A stretch of DNA of 64,000 nucleotides from Candidatus Eiseniibacteriota bacterium (GCA_963762255.1 CAVXKA010000001.1:160001-224000), one strand, 5' to 3'. Positions 1 through 9,323 are shown, counted from the stretch's first letter. The notes: a model not told the origin generated them from the letters alone. Numbers and translations: made by a program.

Positions 1-942
1 GACGTTGTCGGTGGCGGGACCGGTGACCGCAGTGGTCGCGATCCCGTGCCGCTCTCGCAGGAGTCGCGCGCCTCCCCACGCACCGACCGGATCGTTGGCG
101 GCGAGCACGACCGCGCTGAAACTCGCGCGCAGCGCCTCGTCGTCGAGAATGGCGTCCACCCCGTAGAGCCCTACCAGCCCGTCTCCCATCTCGAGCACGA
201 TCACGTCCGGCGCGTCCGTGGCAAGCTGCGTGACGATGGTGCGCGCGATGCGCGGAGCACTCTCGGCGGTGGTGGTCACGACCCCGAGATCGGTGAAGAT
301 GAGCGTGCGAGACGCGCCCGCGTCCTCCATGGCCAGGATGTCGCGACGCAACGAGACGCCTGTGGTCTTGCCGGCGGCCACCTTGAGCCCCTGATGCGCG
401 AACGCCTCGATCAGCGCGCACGCGGCCGCCGTCTTGCCCGAGTTCATGCAGGTGCCCACGATCGCGACGACCGGCACGCCCGCGGTCACGATCGCATCGG
501 ACAGCGGCAGCGCACCCTGTGCGATGTGTGCGGGATGGCCGACGCGCTCCCCGAGAATCGGAAAGTGCAGCACCTGACCCAGCACCTCGCCCACGAAGGG
601 CTCGCCGAAATCGGGGTTCACGCCGTCGCAGAGACCGATGACGCCGCCCATGTTCAAGATATGCAGGCGATCGCCTACTTCCACCCGCGACGGCACCACG
701 CCCGAGTATCCGAAGAGCGCCTTGCGATGGCCGAGCGCACCCGCCACCACGTTTCCCGGGCGGATCTTGGAGAAGCGCCCGGAGGGAAGTTCGATCTGGT
801 CGTACGTCGTCTTGGTCGAGAGCACGCGTACGGCGATGACGCCGCCTTCCACGGCGGGGATGTCCGCACCGAGGCGCACCTCACGCGAGAGCCGGCAGTT
901 GAGCGTGACCGATCCGATCTTGTCGAGGAGGACCTTCTTCAT
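1..942 (-). CDS. DUF1611-like P-loop domain protein (partial, runs off window start)
   Basis: Not in the ORF track. Manual translation from ATG 942 (ATGA overlap with the argG stop) gives MKKVLLDKIGSVTLNCRLSREVRLG...GALGHRKALFGYSG...VAIVGTCMNSGKTAAAC...GKTTGVSLRRD...FTDLG...DVIVLEMGDG...VTGPATDNV, open to the edge. The GT-x-MNSGKT and GKxTG motifs fit DUF1611-like proteins. Confidence 0.75.
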   Translation of the reverse strand, partial: MKKVLLDKIGSVTLNCRLSREVRLGADIPAVEGGVIAVRVLSTKTTYDQIELPSGRFSKIRPGNVVAGALGHRKALFGYSGVVPSRVEVGDRLHILNMGGVIGLCDGVNPDFGEPFVGEVLGQVLHFPILGERVGHPAHIAQGALPLSDAIVTAGVPVVAIVGTCMNSGKTAAACALIEAFAHQGLKVAAGKTTGVSLRRDILAMEDAGASRTLIFTDLGVVTTTAESAPRIARTIVTQLATDAPDVIVLEMGDGLVGLYGVDAILDDEALRASFSAVVLAANDPVGAWGGARLLRERHGIATTAVTGPATDNV

Positions 943-2207
943 CGCGCGCCCTCACTCGCGACGACCGCGATCGCCGGCGACGGCGCCGCCGCGCCGGACT
1001 TTGCCCCCGCGCGCTCGTGCAGCATTCCCGGCAGCGCGAGCATGCGCGAGAAGCCCCGCGCATCGGCCGCCGTCCACTCGCCGGCGGCCTCGCCGTAGAC
1101 CGCGCGCGACGCCGCGCGCAGCGAGTGCGGCGAAGAGACCCCCTCCACGAACGCGAAGCCCGGCCGGAACAGCATCGTGACCTCGCCGGTCACCCGCTCC
1201 TGCGAGCGCACGAAGAGCGCCTCGATGTCACGGCACGCCGGCTCCAGGAACTGTCCCTCGTGCACGAGATCGCCGTAGATGACCGCGAGACCGTCCTTCA
1301 CCCGCTGCTGGCGCGCGGTCAGCGTGAGCTTCTCCAGCTCGCGATGCGCGGCGATGAGGGTGACCGCGGCCGGCGCCTCGAAGGCCACGCGACCCTTGAG
1401 ACCGAAGATCGTGTCGCCGAGATGGATGCCGCGGCCGATGCCGAACGCGCCCGCCATCGCGTTCAAGCGTTCGATGAGATCGACCGGCGCCATCGTCACG
1501 CCGTCCACCGCGACAGGAAGACCGAGCTCGAAGCGCACCGAGTGGCGCTCGGGCTCGCGAGGACGGTCGAACGCGCCCGCGGTCAGCACCCACGCGGACT
1601 CGGGGAGCGGCTCCACCGTGTCCGTCGTCTCCTTGCCGCCGATCGTCACGCCCCAGAGGCCGGCGTTCACGGAGTACGCCGCGCGCTCCGACGGCCACGC
1701 GATGCTCCGCTCGACCAGCCACGCCACCTCGTCCGCGCGCGAGAAGCCTTCGTCGCGAATGGGGGCGAGGATCTCGAGCGAGGGATCGAGCGTGCGCAGG
1801 GCGACCTCGAACCGCACTTGATCGTTGCCGGCGGCGGTGCAGCCATGGGCCACGGCATGCGCGCCCAGCTCGCGAGCCGTCTCGGCCACCACGCGAGCCT
1901 GCAGGCTGCGCTCCGCGCCCACGCAGAGCGGGTAGAGATGACCGCGCAGCACGTTTCCCATGATGAGAAAGGAGAGCGTCTCGTTGAAGAAGTCCTCGCG
2001 TGCGTCCACCAGGATGTGGCGCGACGCACCAAGTTCGCGCGCGCGCAGGCGCAACCGCTCACGGGCCGCGTCGTCGAGCCCGCCCGTGTCCACGGTGACC
2101 GTCACGATCTCCGCGTTGTGCCGCTCGCCCAGCCACGGCACGCAGAAGGAGGTATCGAGCCCCCCGCTGAACGCGAGAACGATGGGACCGTCCTTCAACT
2201 CACTCAC
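939..2207 (-). CDS. argG: argininosuccinate synthase
   Basis: LAFSGGLDTS PP-loop, HGCTAAGNDQVRF, KGRVAFEAP. Likely GTG start at 2207, overlapping the argR end. Confidence 0.95.
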   Translation of the reverse strand: MSELKDGPIVLAFSGGLDTSFCVPWLGERHNAEIVTVTVDTGGLDDAARERLRLRARELGASRHILVDAREDFFNETLSFLIMGNVLRGHLYPLCVGAERSLQARVVAETARELGAHAVAHGCTAAGNDQVRFEVALRTLDPSLEILAPIRDEGFSRADEVAWLVERSIAWPSERAAYSVNAGLWGVTIGGKETTDTVEPLPESAWVLTAGAFDRPREPERHSVRFELGLPVAVDGVTMAPVDLIERLNAMAGAFGIGRGIHLGDTIFGLKGRVAFEAPAAVTLIAAHRELEKLTLTARQQRVKDGLAVIYGDLVHEGQFLEPACRDIEALFVRSQERVTGEVTMLFRPGFAFVEGVSSPHSLRAASRAVYGEAAGEWTAADARGFSRMLALPGMLHERAGAKSGAAAPSPAIAVVASEGAR

Positions 2208-2673
2208 TCTTCGACTCCTTCGCCAGCGCGGCGATCCGCGCGTGCACACGCAACTGATGAGCTCGGCCGGTCGTGGCGATGAAGAGCGTGTCGTCGCCCG
2301 CCACCGTGCCCGCCACCTCCGGCCAGCCCGCGCCGTCGACGGCCAGCGCCACCGACGAAGCCATCCCCGTCGTGGTCCTCACCACCAACAGATGCGGCCC
2401 GGCAGCGGTGACCTTTGCAATGAACAGCGCGACCTCGGCCAGCCGCGTCGCCGGGCGATCCCCGGCCGAGAGCGTCTTCGCCAGCACGTAGCGCCCTCCC
2501 ACCTTGGCCACCCCCATCTCTTGAAGATCGCGGGAGACGCTCGGTTGGGTGACCCGGAAACCGAGCTTCTTGAGCCGCTGAAGGAGCTCCGTCTGGTTCC
2601 GCACGGCTTCCTTGTCGACGATCTTCTCGATCGCCGCCCAGCGCTCCTGCCACTCCTCGTTGCGATGCGACAT
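2200..2673 (-). CDS. argR: arginine repressor
   Basis: Q-x-EL...VTQPSVSRDL wHTH and GTVAGDDT arginine-binding motif. GGAGGT RBS before ATG 2673. Confidence 0.95.
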   Translation of the reverse strand: MSHRNEEWQERWAAIEKIVDKEAVRNQTELLQRLKKLGFRVTQPSVSRDLQEMGVAKVGGRYVLAKTLSAGDRPATRLAEVALFIAKVTAAGPHLLVVRTTTGMASSVALAVDGAGWPEVAGTVAGDDTLFIATTGRAHQLRVHARIAALAKESKSE

Positions 2674-2763
2674 CCCGACCTCCGCTCGTAACTTGTTAAT
2701 CCGCAATGAGTTTCGACTTGTCTCGGCAAGCCCGCGCCCGCGCCCGAAAAGAACATGCGCAAG

Positions 2764-2792
2764 ATACTATTTGTATGCGCATGAAAATGCAA
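2764..2792 (-). promoter_or_regulatory. sigma70-type promoter of argR-argG with overlapping ARG-box-like site
   Basis: Minus strand TTGCAT-N17-TAGTAT. TGCATTTTCATGCG (2778-2791) resembles the ARG box TGMAT-N4-ATKCA and overlaps the -35. Confidence 0.6.
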
Positions 2793-2943
2793 CAAGAAAA
2801 TGCGGGGGATCGTGCAGCCGGCTCGCACCGAGGGGCAGCGGACGAAGGCGGGGGTGGCGCGTCGAGGACCTGAACGGAGCGCGGCGACGGAGACCGGGGT
2901 ATGATCCCGCCTCGGCTCGAGTCACCCGCTCCGGAGGCACCGT

Positions 2944-3630
2944 ATGGCCATCCCGCTTCGCGACATTCAATCGCGCAGGACGTTTCCCGTTGTCACCATC
3001 GCGCTCGTCGCTCTCAACGCGGCCGCGTTCCTCTATGAGCTGTCACTCGGAGCACGGCTGGACGGTTTCCTGCAGCAGATGGCGTTCAACCCTGCTTCCT
3101 ACAACGAACCGGGGCGCATCCTCGGAGACGGTCGCTCGATCCTCGTCTCCATGTTTCTGCACGGAGGCTGGGCGCACCTTCTAGGCAACATGCTCTATCT
3201 CTGGATCTTCGGGGACAACGTCGAGGACCGCCTGGGGCACTTGAAGTACCTGGCCTTCTACCTCGGCTGCGGCTGGGTCGCCACCCTCGCTCACGCCTGG
3301 GCCAACCCGCACTCGGCAATGCCGGCCATCGGCGCAAGCGGCGCGATCGCCGGGGTGCTCGGCGCCTACCTGGTGATGTTCCCTCGCGCACGGGTGGTGA
3401 CGCTGATCCCGCTCGGCTTCTTCCTGCGCCTCACCGAACTCCCCGCCGTCCTCGTGCTCGGGTTCTGGTTCGTGCTCCAGCTCTTCAGCGGCGTGGCTTC
3501 GCTCGGAGCACGCACCGCCGATAGCGGCGGGGTCGCGTTCTGGGCGCACATCGGCGGGTTCGCCGCGGGGCTGGCGGTGGGGTTCGCCGCGCGGGCGCTG
3601 CGCCTCGGCGAGGGGCCTCGCACCCGCTAG
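2944..3630 (+). CDS. rhomboid family intramembrane serine protease
   Basis: SMFLHGGWAHLLGNMLYLWIFG, GASG (catalytic Ser), WAHIGGF (catalytic His). GGAGG RBS. Confidence 0.93.
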   Translation: MAIPLRDIQSRRTFPVVTIALVALNAAAFLYELSLGARLDGFLQQMAFNPASYNEPGRILGDGRSILVSMFLHGGWAHLLGNMLYLWIFGDNVEDRLGHLKYLAFYLGCGWVATLAHAWANPHSAMPAIGASGAIAGVLGAYLVMFPRARVVTLIPLGFFLRLTELPAVLVLGFWFVLQLFSGVASLGARTADSGGVAFWAHIGGFAAGLAVGFAARALRLGEGPRTR

Positions 3631-3631
3631 T

Positions 3632-4756
3632 TCACGCCCGGCGGCCCTCGGTGTAGATCCGATAGCAGGCGAGGAACAGAGCGAGCGCTCCGGGGCCGAG
3701 CAGCAATCCCAGGAACCCGAACGCGCGCAGCCCCCCGAGGATCGCCAGGAAAAGCCACAGCACCGGGAGCTTCACGTCGCGCCCGATCAGGTACGGTCGG
3801 AGGAAGTTGTCCACGAGGCTCACGACCAGCGCTCCCCAGATCATGAGACCCACCCCCGCGCCCACGCGGCCGACGATGATGAGCCCGATCGCGGTGGGGA
3901 GCCACACCGCGACCGGCCCCACGAACGGTAGGAGCGCGGCGATGAAAGTGATGGCGCTCAAGAGCACCGGCGCCGGCACCCCCACGAACCAGAACGCGGC
4001 GCCGGCAAGAACGGCCTGCACGCTCGCCGTTACCAGCACGCCGCGAAAGACCGCGTTCACGGTGTCGCCGGCGATCTTGAGAAGCGTCTTGGCGTATGTG
4101 GGCTCCAAGGGCAGACCGGCTTCGATCTGGCGCAGCCACCCCGGTCCGTGGCGCAAGAAGAAGAAGTAGGTGATCAGAGTCACCCCGATGCCGATCGCGG
4201 TTCCTGGCGCGTTGCGGCCGATGACGTGGAGCTGGGTCTGGGCCAGTTCCCCGAGCCCCGACACCGCTTGGCGGAGCGCGGCCTCGATCCCATCGGCCCC
4301 CAGTTGCGCCTGATCGGGGAAGACCCAATCGGCGAGTGGGCGCAGCCGTGACCCGTCCAGCCACGCGGCCACACGCTGGAACGTGTCCGGGCCCAGGTAG
4401 TCCCTCACCGACGGCCAGAGGTTGCTCACCTCGCCGATGGAGGTCTTCACCAGAAGCGCCGCGGGCAGCGCGAAGATCGCCAGGGTGAGGATCGTGGAGA
4501 GAAGCGCGGCAAGGGTGGCGCGCCCTCGCACCCATCCGAGGATCGTCCGGTGCACGGGAAAGAAGAGCGTGGCCAGCGCCGCCGCCCACAAGATGGGGCG
4601 AATGACCGGCGCATAGATGACGATCAGAAGCGCGAAGAGCGCGAGCGCGATGACGCCGAAGCCGAGCGCAAGCGCATGGCGCCGGAGTTCTCCGACTCCG
4701 GAGACGAGAGGCTCGGAGCCCGGCTCATGCTGTTCCGGCAGGACGGGATCGCTCAT
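3632..4756 (-). CDS. AI-2E family transporter (YdiK/PerM-like)
   Basis: Multi-TM protein with LLPFVG, DNFLRPYLIG and GGLRAFGFLGLLLGP motifs. Start chosen at MSDP. Confidence 0.88.
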   Translation of the reverse strand: MSDPVLPEQHEPGSEPLVSGVGELRRHALALGFGVIALALFALLIVIYAPVIRPILWAAALATLFFPVHRTILGWVRGRATLAALLSTILTLAIFALPAALLVKTSIGEVSNLWPSVRDYLGPDTFQRVAAWLDGSRLRPLADWVFPDQAQLGADGIEAALRQAVSGLGELAQTQLHVIGRNAPGTAIGIGVTLITYFFFLRHGPGWLRQIEAGLPLEPTYAKTLLKIAGDTVNAVFRGVLVTASVQAVLAGAAFWFVGVPAPVLLSAITFIAALLPFVGPVAVWLPTAIGLIIVGRVGAGVGLMIWGALVVSLVDNFLRPYLIGRDVKLPVLWLFLAILGGLRAFGFLGLLLGPGALALFLACYRIYTEGRRA

Positions 4757-4947
4757 ACCGGGGCAGTATACGTCTTCAGCGGGCGGGAATCGAAGAGGCC
4801 TCGGAAACACCCTGGCGACGAACGGACGCTGCCGCGGCAAAAACGAATTTCGGATCGTCCCGTCAGGCTTCCCCCGTGCCCTTCGGAATCCCCCTCCTCC
4901 GTTCGACCGGTAGCGTCCGCCGCCGCCAGGATTCTCGCGTGCTCAGC

Positions 4948-5325
4948 TCAATGCGCTTCCAACTCCGATGCCTCTTCGATCATCCGGACGAGCGCGGCCA
5001 GCGAGTTCGACTTGAAATGGATCCGACCGACTCCCAGATTCCGAAGGCGCTCACGAGCGCCCTCGGTCAGGGATCGCGTCACTACCACCACCCGAAGACG
5101 CTCCTCGAAGGTGAGCCTCTCCAGAACCTCGATACCCTCCTCCTCGTCCAGCATGGCGAGATGCCTGGGCATGTTGAGGTCCAAGAGCACGACTTCGTGA
5201 ATCGCCTCACGGATCGTCTCCAGCGCCCGCTGCGTGTCCGGCAACCACGCCATGCCGCTGCTTTCCGGCAGCGCCGCACCCAAGTCGTGCGCGAACATCG
5301 GATCGTCGTCGATCAGCAGAACCAT
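4948..5325 (-). CDS. stand-alone response regulator receiver protein
   Basis: VLLIDDD, LLDLNMP (phospho-Asp), VVVVT, HFK. GGGAG RBS before ATG 5325 (alternative start 5352). Confidence 0.8.
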   Translation of the reverse strand: MVLLIDDDPMFAHDLGAALPESSGMAWLPDTQRALETIREAIHEVVLLDLNMPRHLAMLDEEEGIEVLERLTFEERLRVVVVTRSLTEGARERLRNLGVGRIHFKSNSLAALVRMIEEASELEAH

Positions 5326-5374
5326 GGAATGCTCCCGGGTCCAAGTTGCCATCGGATTCACTGTGGAATCGCAA

Positions 5375-5390
5375 TGCATGGTTGGTGCCA
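5375..5390 (-). promoter_or_regulatory. sigma54 (-24/-12) promoter
   Basis: Minus strand TGGCACCAACCATGCA = GG-N10-GC with TGGCAC, directly upstream of the receiver gene and downstream of a sigma54 activator gene. Confidence 0.65.
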
Positions 5391-5437
5391 CCGGGAAAGG
5401 GCCGCGGGACGCTCCCCGCGGTCCGGCGCGGTCGGTT

Positions 5438-5475
5438 GGAAACAACGGGTGTTTCCGCGGGAAACGGGGGGTTCC
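5438..5475. promoter_or_regulatory. tandem palindromic sites, putative enhancer (UAS) for the sigma54 activator
   Basis: GGAAACA-ACGGG-TGTTTCC (5438-5456) followed by GGAAAC-GGGGG-GTTCC (5460-5475), about 50-85 bp upstream of the -24 element. Confidence 0.45.
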
Positions 5476-5533
5476 GCAGGCGCGCGCGGGAGCCGGATGA
5501 CGGCAGGCGCGCCGGTTGCGAGCGGCTGGGGAG

Positions 5534-6889
5534 TTAGCTCCCGGCTTCCCGGAGGATTCGGTTCAGCCCTTGCGGTGTGATGCCGAGGCTCGCCGCGGCC
5601 GCGCGCTTGTCCCCATCTTCGTCGGCAAGCGCTCGCCGCACGACGGCCAGTCTCGTCCTATCCAGGATCTCCTGCAACGTGCCCTGAGGGGCGCTGTTCG
5701 TGTCCGCTCCGTCCGAACCACTTCCCCGCACGTCGGCCGCTCCGGTCGCCGGCAAGTGCTCAGGGCTCGGCGCGCCCCCACCGCTCACCGCCACCGCATA
5801 GGCGACCGCGTTGCGCAGATGCCGCACGCTCTTCCATGCCCGCTTGCCTACCTCTTGTAGGAATTCCTCGGTGACGGAGCGCTCGCGGACGGAGTTCTCC
5901 CGCGCCGCCTCGGCGGCGAACCGCCGCACCAAGCCGGGAACATCAGCAGCGCGCTCGCTCAGATCGGGCACCCGCACCGGAGAAGCACCGCGCAGTCGGT
6001 CCAGAAGATCCGGCAACAACAGCCCCTTCGCGACCAGAGCATCCAGATTCTTGTTGCTGGTAGCGATCACGCGACAGCGTGTCGCGATCTCGCGGGTTCC
6101 CCCCAGGCGCCGGATCACCTTGCGCTCCAGCGGTTCGAGGAGTTTCGCCTGTTTCTCCGGGGGAAGGCAGTCGATATCGTCCAGGACGAGGGTTCCGTCC
6201 TCCGCGCGTTCGAATCCCCCGAGCGATCGGGCGGTCGCGCCGGTAAAGGCTCCCGGTTCGTGACCGAAGAGTTGATCGTCCACCACCGAGGTGTCGAGCG
6301 TGCCGCAGTGGAGCACCTCGAACGGCCTACCGAGCCGGCTCTGCTCGTGAATGAAGCGCGCGACCGCGTACTTCCCCGCGCCGACCCCCCCCGTGATGAG
6401 AACCGGCAAGGTATGGAGCGCGGCGCGGCGGGCCTCCTCCAGTGTGGCCTTCATGGAGGCCGATTCGGCGATGAGCACCGCGTCCCGCGCGCCCGTTCCC
6501 TCGGCGCGTTCCACGCGGTGTCGCACGCGTCGCAGCACGAGCGCCTGGCGGATGGCGCGCCGAAGCGCCTCCGAGCCCGCCGACTTGCGGAGGTAGTCCT
6601 CGACTCCCAGCTCGCCTGCGCGCTCGAGCGCCTCCTCGGTTTCGTCGCCGGTCACCACGAGGATGGCGGTGCGCGGGTCGATGCGGCGCAACTCCCGGAT
6701 CACGTCGAACCCGCTCCCCGCTCCAAGGTGCAGGTCCACCAGCGCGGCAGCGATCTCGCCCTGAGTGGCCGCGGCCACGGCTTCGTCCACGGTGCGCGCG
6801 ATCCGGCAGTCGAAGTCAGCGGCGAGAAACCGCTTCAGATCCTCCGCGGTTTCGCGCTCGTCCTCGACGATGAGTATCGTTGCCGACAT
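5534..6889 (-). CDS. sigma54-dependent NtrC-type response regulator (REC-AAA+-Fis HTH)
   Basis: MSATILIVEDE receiver, GGVGAGK Walker A, LFGHEPGAFTGA, LVLDDI Walker B variant, C-terminal AAASLGI HTH. Confidence 0.9.
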   Translation of the reverse strand: MSATILIVEDERETAEDLKRFLAADFDCRIARTVDEAVAAATQGEIAAALVDLHLGAGSGFDVIRELRRIDPRTAILVVTGDETEEALERAGELGVEDYLRKSAGSEALRRAIRQALVLRRVRHRVERAEGTGARDAVLIAESASMKATLEEARRAALHTLPVLITGGVGAGKYAVARFIHEQSRLGRPFEVLHCGTLDTSVVDDQLFGHEPGAFTGATARSLGGFERAEDGTLVLDDIDCLPPEKQAKLLEPLERKVIRRLGGTREIATRCRVIATSNKNLDALVAKGLLLPDLLDRLRGASPVRVPDLSERAADVPGLVRRFAAEAARENSVRERSVTEEFLQEVGKRAWKSVRHLRNAVAYAVAVSGGGAPSPEHLPATGAADVRGSGSDGADTNSAPQGTLQEILDRTRLAVVRRALADEDGDKRAAAASLGITPQGLNRILREAGS

Positions 6890-6905
6890 GGAAATACCTC
6901 GCTCG

Positions 6906-9323
6906 CTACGCCGTGGAGCGGTGCAGCTCGATCTCGAACACCGTACGCTCCCATGGCGTGCTTTCGCGGACATAGATTCGGCCTGAATACGCTTCGATCG
7001 CGCGGCGGGCCGCCGACAGGCCGAGTCCCCCCGCGGGAGCTTTCGTCGAGTGCCCGTGGAACACCCGGTCAAAGTCCTCCGACCGCAACCCTCGGCCGTT
7101 GTCCTCGATCGCGATCAGGATCTTGCGCTCTCCGAAGATGATGCGCACGCTCACCGAGGGATTCGCGCTTCCCTCGCACGCCTCGATCGCGTTCACGAGC
7201 ATATCGCGAAGCGTCCGGCGTAGTGACGAAGCGGTCATGAACGCACGGCCCCCCACTTGTCCTCTCACCTGGATCTCGTGCAGGGCCACGCCGGCTGCCT
7301 CGAAGCGTTCGCGGAGACTGGCTGCGGCGTCGGTCGCCTTCCGGTACGGATCGGCAGATGGCGCGCGCAGCGCGGAGCGGTTGAGCCGGCGCAGCGACTC
7401 CTCGAACCGTTCCACCGCACGCGATGCTTTCCGGCAGGCATGGACGGCCGATTCTCCGGGAGTCGGAACCGCCACCGCGCTCATGGCGCGTCCGACCGTT
7501 CTGCGCAGCACCCACCCGCGCGCCACGAGCCGGAATGCGGCCGGCCCCTGGCCAAGGCAGAGTGCTGGGCCGATCAGGGGTGGGATCATGCCGAGGAGCC
7601 GCATCGGTGCCTGCGGCGTCCAGTACTGCCGCGCCCAATCCTCGAGGATCGCACGCCCCATGGGAATGTCCTCCAACCGAGTGCAGGTGCGCAGTGCGGC
7701 GAGAAGGCGCGTGAGCGGTTCCTGACTACGGCCATCCTTCGTGCGCTCGCCGTGGCGCACGAGCGCGAGGTCTGCGACCAACGTGCGCGCGGGCCATGTG
7801 AACCCGAGCGGCTCACCGAGACGGCGCAATCCCCAGGTTGCCGCCGCCAGACCGGCCGCGATGCCGAGCACCCACAGAGTCGACCGGAACGGAGCGAGCG
7901 GGTCGGAGATAGGACGGTACATGTACAGTGCGCCGCCGTTCGTGCCGAGAAGCAGGATCTTCTCGTGGGGCGCGACTCTCATGGCCCCCAGCTGCATCAC
8001 CGTCCCGGCGGGCGGGCGAAGGTGCGCAACCGGGCGCAATCTGCCATCCAGCACCTCGAGCGAAGACTCTCCGACCGCGCCGGAATAGATCTCGAAATCC
8101 CCGTCCGAATCCAGATCGTCGACCAGGAACGGCGAATCACCGCCGGCTTCGAGCTCCGTGGCGTGGCGCGAGACGACCGGGTCGAGGTTCGCGTCCAGGA
8201 TCGACAGCGTCTTGTCGCGCGTGAGAAGCGCGATGTGCTTGCCCTGCCGACCCGCTGGTGTCGCGGTGGCCAGACCGCTCGGACCGTTTGGGATGCGCCT
8301 CTCGCGGCGCACCGAACCGGTCTTCAGGTCGAGGACGCGAAGCCACGCGGGCGAACCGGCGGCGGCGCTCTTCTCCTCGCTGGCGACGATCACCTCGCGC
8401 GTGCCGTCGCCGTCCAGGTCGTCCACCACCATGCGTGGCGCGATACCCGCTCCCCCGACCCGCGTCACCCACGCGAGGCTTCCGGTCCCGTCCACCGCGG
8501 CCACCACCGAGATCGAGTCGCAGAACCCGGAAGCGCAGGCGCCGTTGCCATAGCCGGCGGCGCCGAACACGACCCGGGTCTCTTCAGGGCGTTTTCCCCA
8601 GCTCACGACGATCGGTTCCACCACGCAGGGGCCGATGAAGCGCTGCCAGAGCGCCTCGCTGGCAGGGCCGAAGGCGGCGATGCCCCGAGGTTGGAGCGAG
8701 AAGCCGGCGGAGAATGCGACGAGGCAAGGGGGCGATGCATCGCCCCAGGGCGCCGTCCCGAGCCACCAGGCAGCCGCGTCCCATGGGTAAGGCCCGCGCT
8801 GCGTGAGCATCCCGCCCACGTCTTCGCGCGCCACCGCGATCGTGCGGTGGGGCGCGAGGCGGTGATCTTGAGCCGGTCTGAACGCCTTGAGCTTCAGCGA
8901 ATCGGGATGGAGCAGGGTGATCACGACGAGCGAGCCGGACGAATCGCCGCCGTCGACGCAGCCGACTCCCGCAATGACCCAACCCCGATCCTGGGTCAGT
9001 TGCTCGCGGAGGAGCAGGTGATGGCGATCCCAACTCCTGACGTAGACAATCTGCCCGACCGCCAGAATCAGCTCATCGATTCCGTCGTCTTGGAGATCGC
9101 CAACCCGGAAGTGAACCGGGCCATAGGGATGGGAGCTTTCCAGGCGGAAGGACTTCTCCCTGGGAGCGCTACATCCCCAAGCTGCGAGGAACAGCACCGC
9201 GCAGCATGCTGTCCCCGCAAGCGCGCGGCCAGGCGGGCCCACGAATCCTCCCCGAGGCGCAAACGCCTCCAAGTGTTCGGACTCACCGGCACGCGGAACC
9301 AGGGGGAAGCGGCTCGCGGCCAT
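6906..9323 (-). CDS. membrane sensor histidine kinase-like protein with FG-GAP/VCBS-repeat extracytoplasmic domain
   Basis: Repeats GDLQDDGIDE, DDLDGDGTRE, DDLDSDGDFE; one TM (LWVLGIAAGLAAATWGL); HATPase N/G1/G2 boxes (LVNAIEA, IEDNGRG, GGLGL). Start uncertain; the N-terminal 224 aa of the track ORF are largely antisense to aqpZ. Confidence 0.75.
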   Translation of the reverse strand: MAASRFPLVPRAGESEHLEAFAPRGGFVGPPGRALAGTACCAVLFLAAWGCSAPREKSFRLESSHPYGPVHFRVGDLQDDGIDELILAVGQIVYVRSWDRHHLLLREQLTQDRGWVIAGVGCVDGGDSSGSLVVITLLHPDSLKLKAFRPAQDHRLAPHRTIAVAREDVGGMLTQRGPYPWDAAAWWLGTAPWGDASPPCLVAFSAGFSLQPRGIAAFGPASEALWQRFIGPCVVEPIVVSWGKRPEETRVVFGAAGYGNGACASGFCDSISVVAAVDGTGSLAWVTRVGGAGIAPRMVVDDLDGDGTREVIVASEEKSAAAGSPAWLRVLDLKTGSVRRERRIPNGPSGLATATPAGRQGKHIALLTRDKTLSILDANLDPVVSRHATELEAGGDSPFLVDDLDSDGDFEIYSGAVGESSLEVLDGRLRPVAHLRPPAGTVMQLGAMRVAPHEKILLLGTNGGALYMYRPISDPLAPFRSTLWVLGIAAGLAAATWGLRRLGEPLGFTWPARTLVADLALVRHGERTKDGRSQEPLTRLLAALRTCTRLEDIPMGRAILEDWARQYWTPQAPMRLLGMIPPLIGPALCLGQGPAAFRLVARGWVLRRTVGRAMSAVAVPTPGESAVHACRKASRAVERFEESLRRLNRSALRAPSADPYRKATDAAASLRERFEAAGVALHEIQVRGQVGGRAFMTASSLRRTLRDMLVNAIEACEGSANPSVSVRIIFGERKILIAIEDNGRGLRSEDFDRVFHGHSTKAPAGGLGLSAARRAIEAYSGRIYVRESTPWERTVFEIELHRSTA

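Noticed and set aside
46-1098. 350-aa plus-strand ORF and many similar long antisense ORFs (e.g. 1017-2282, 30637-32841, 35713-37917, 39883-42015)
   Set aside because: Antisense shadows of real genes, expected in high-GC DNA; no motifs, Arg/His-rich nonsense composition.
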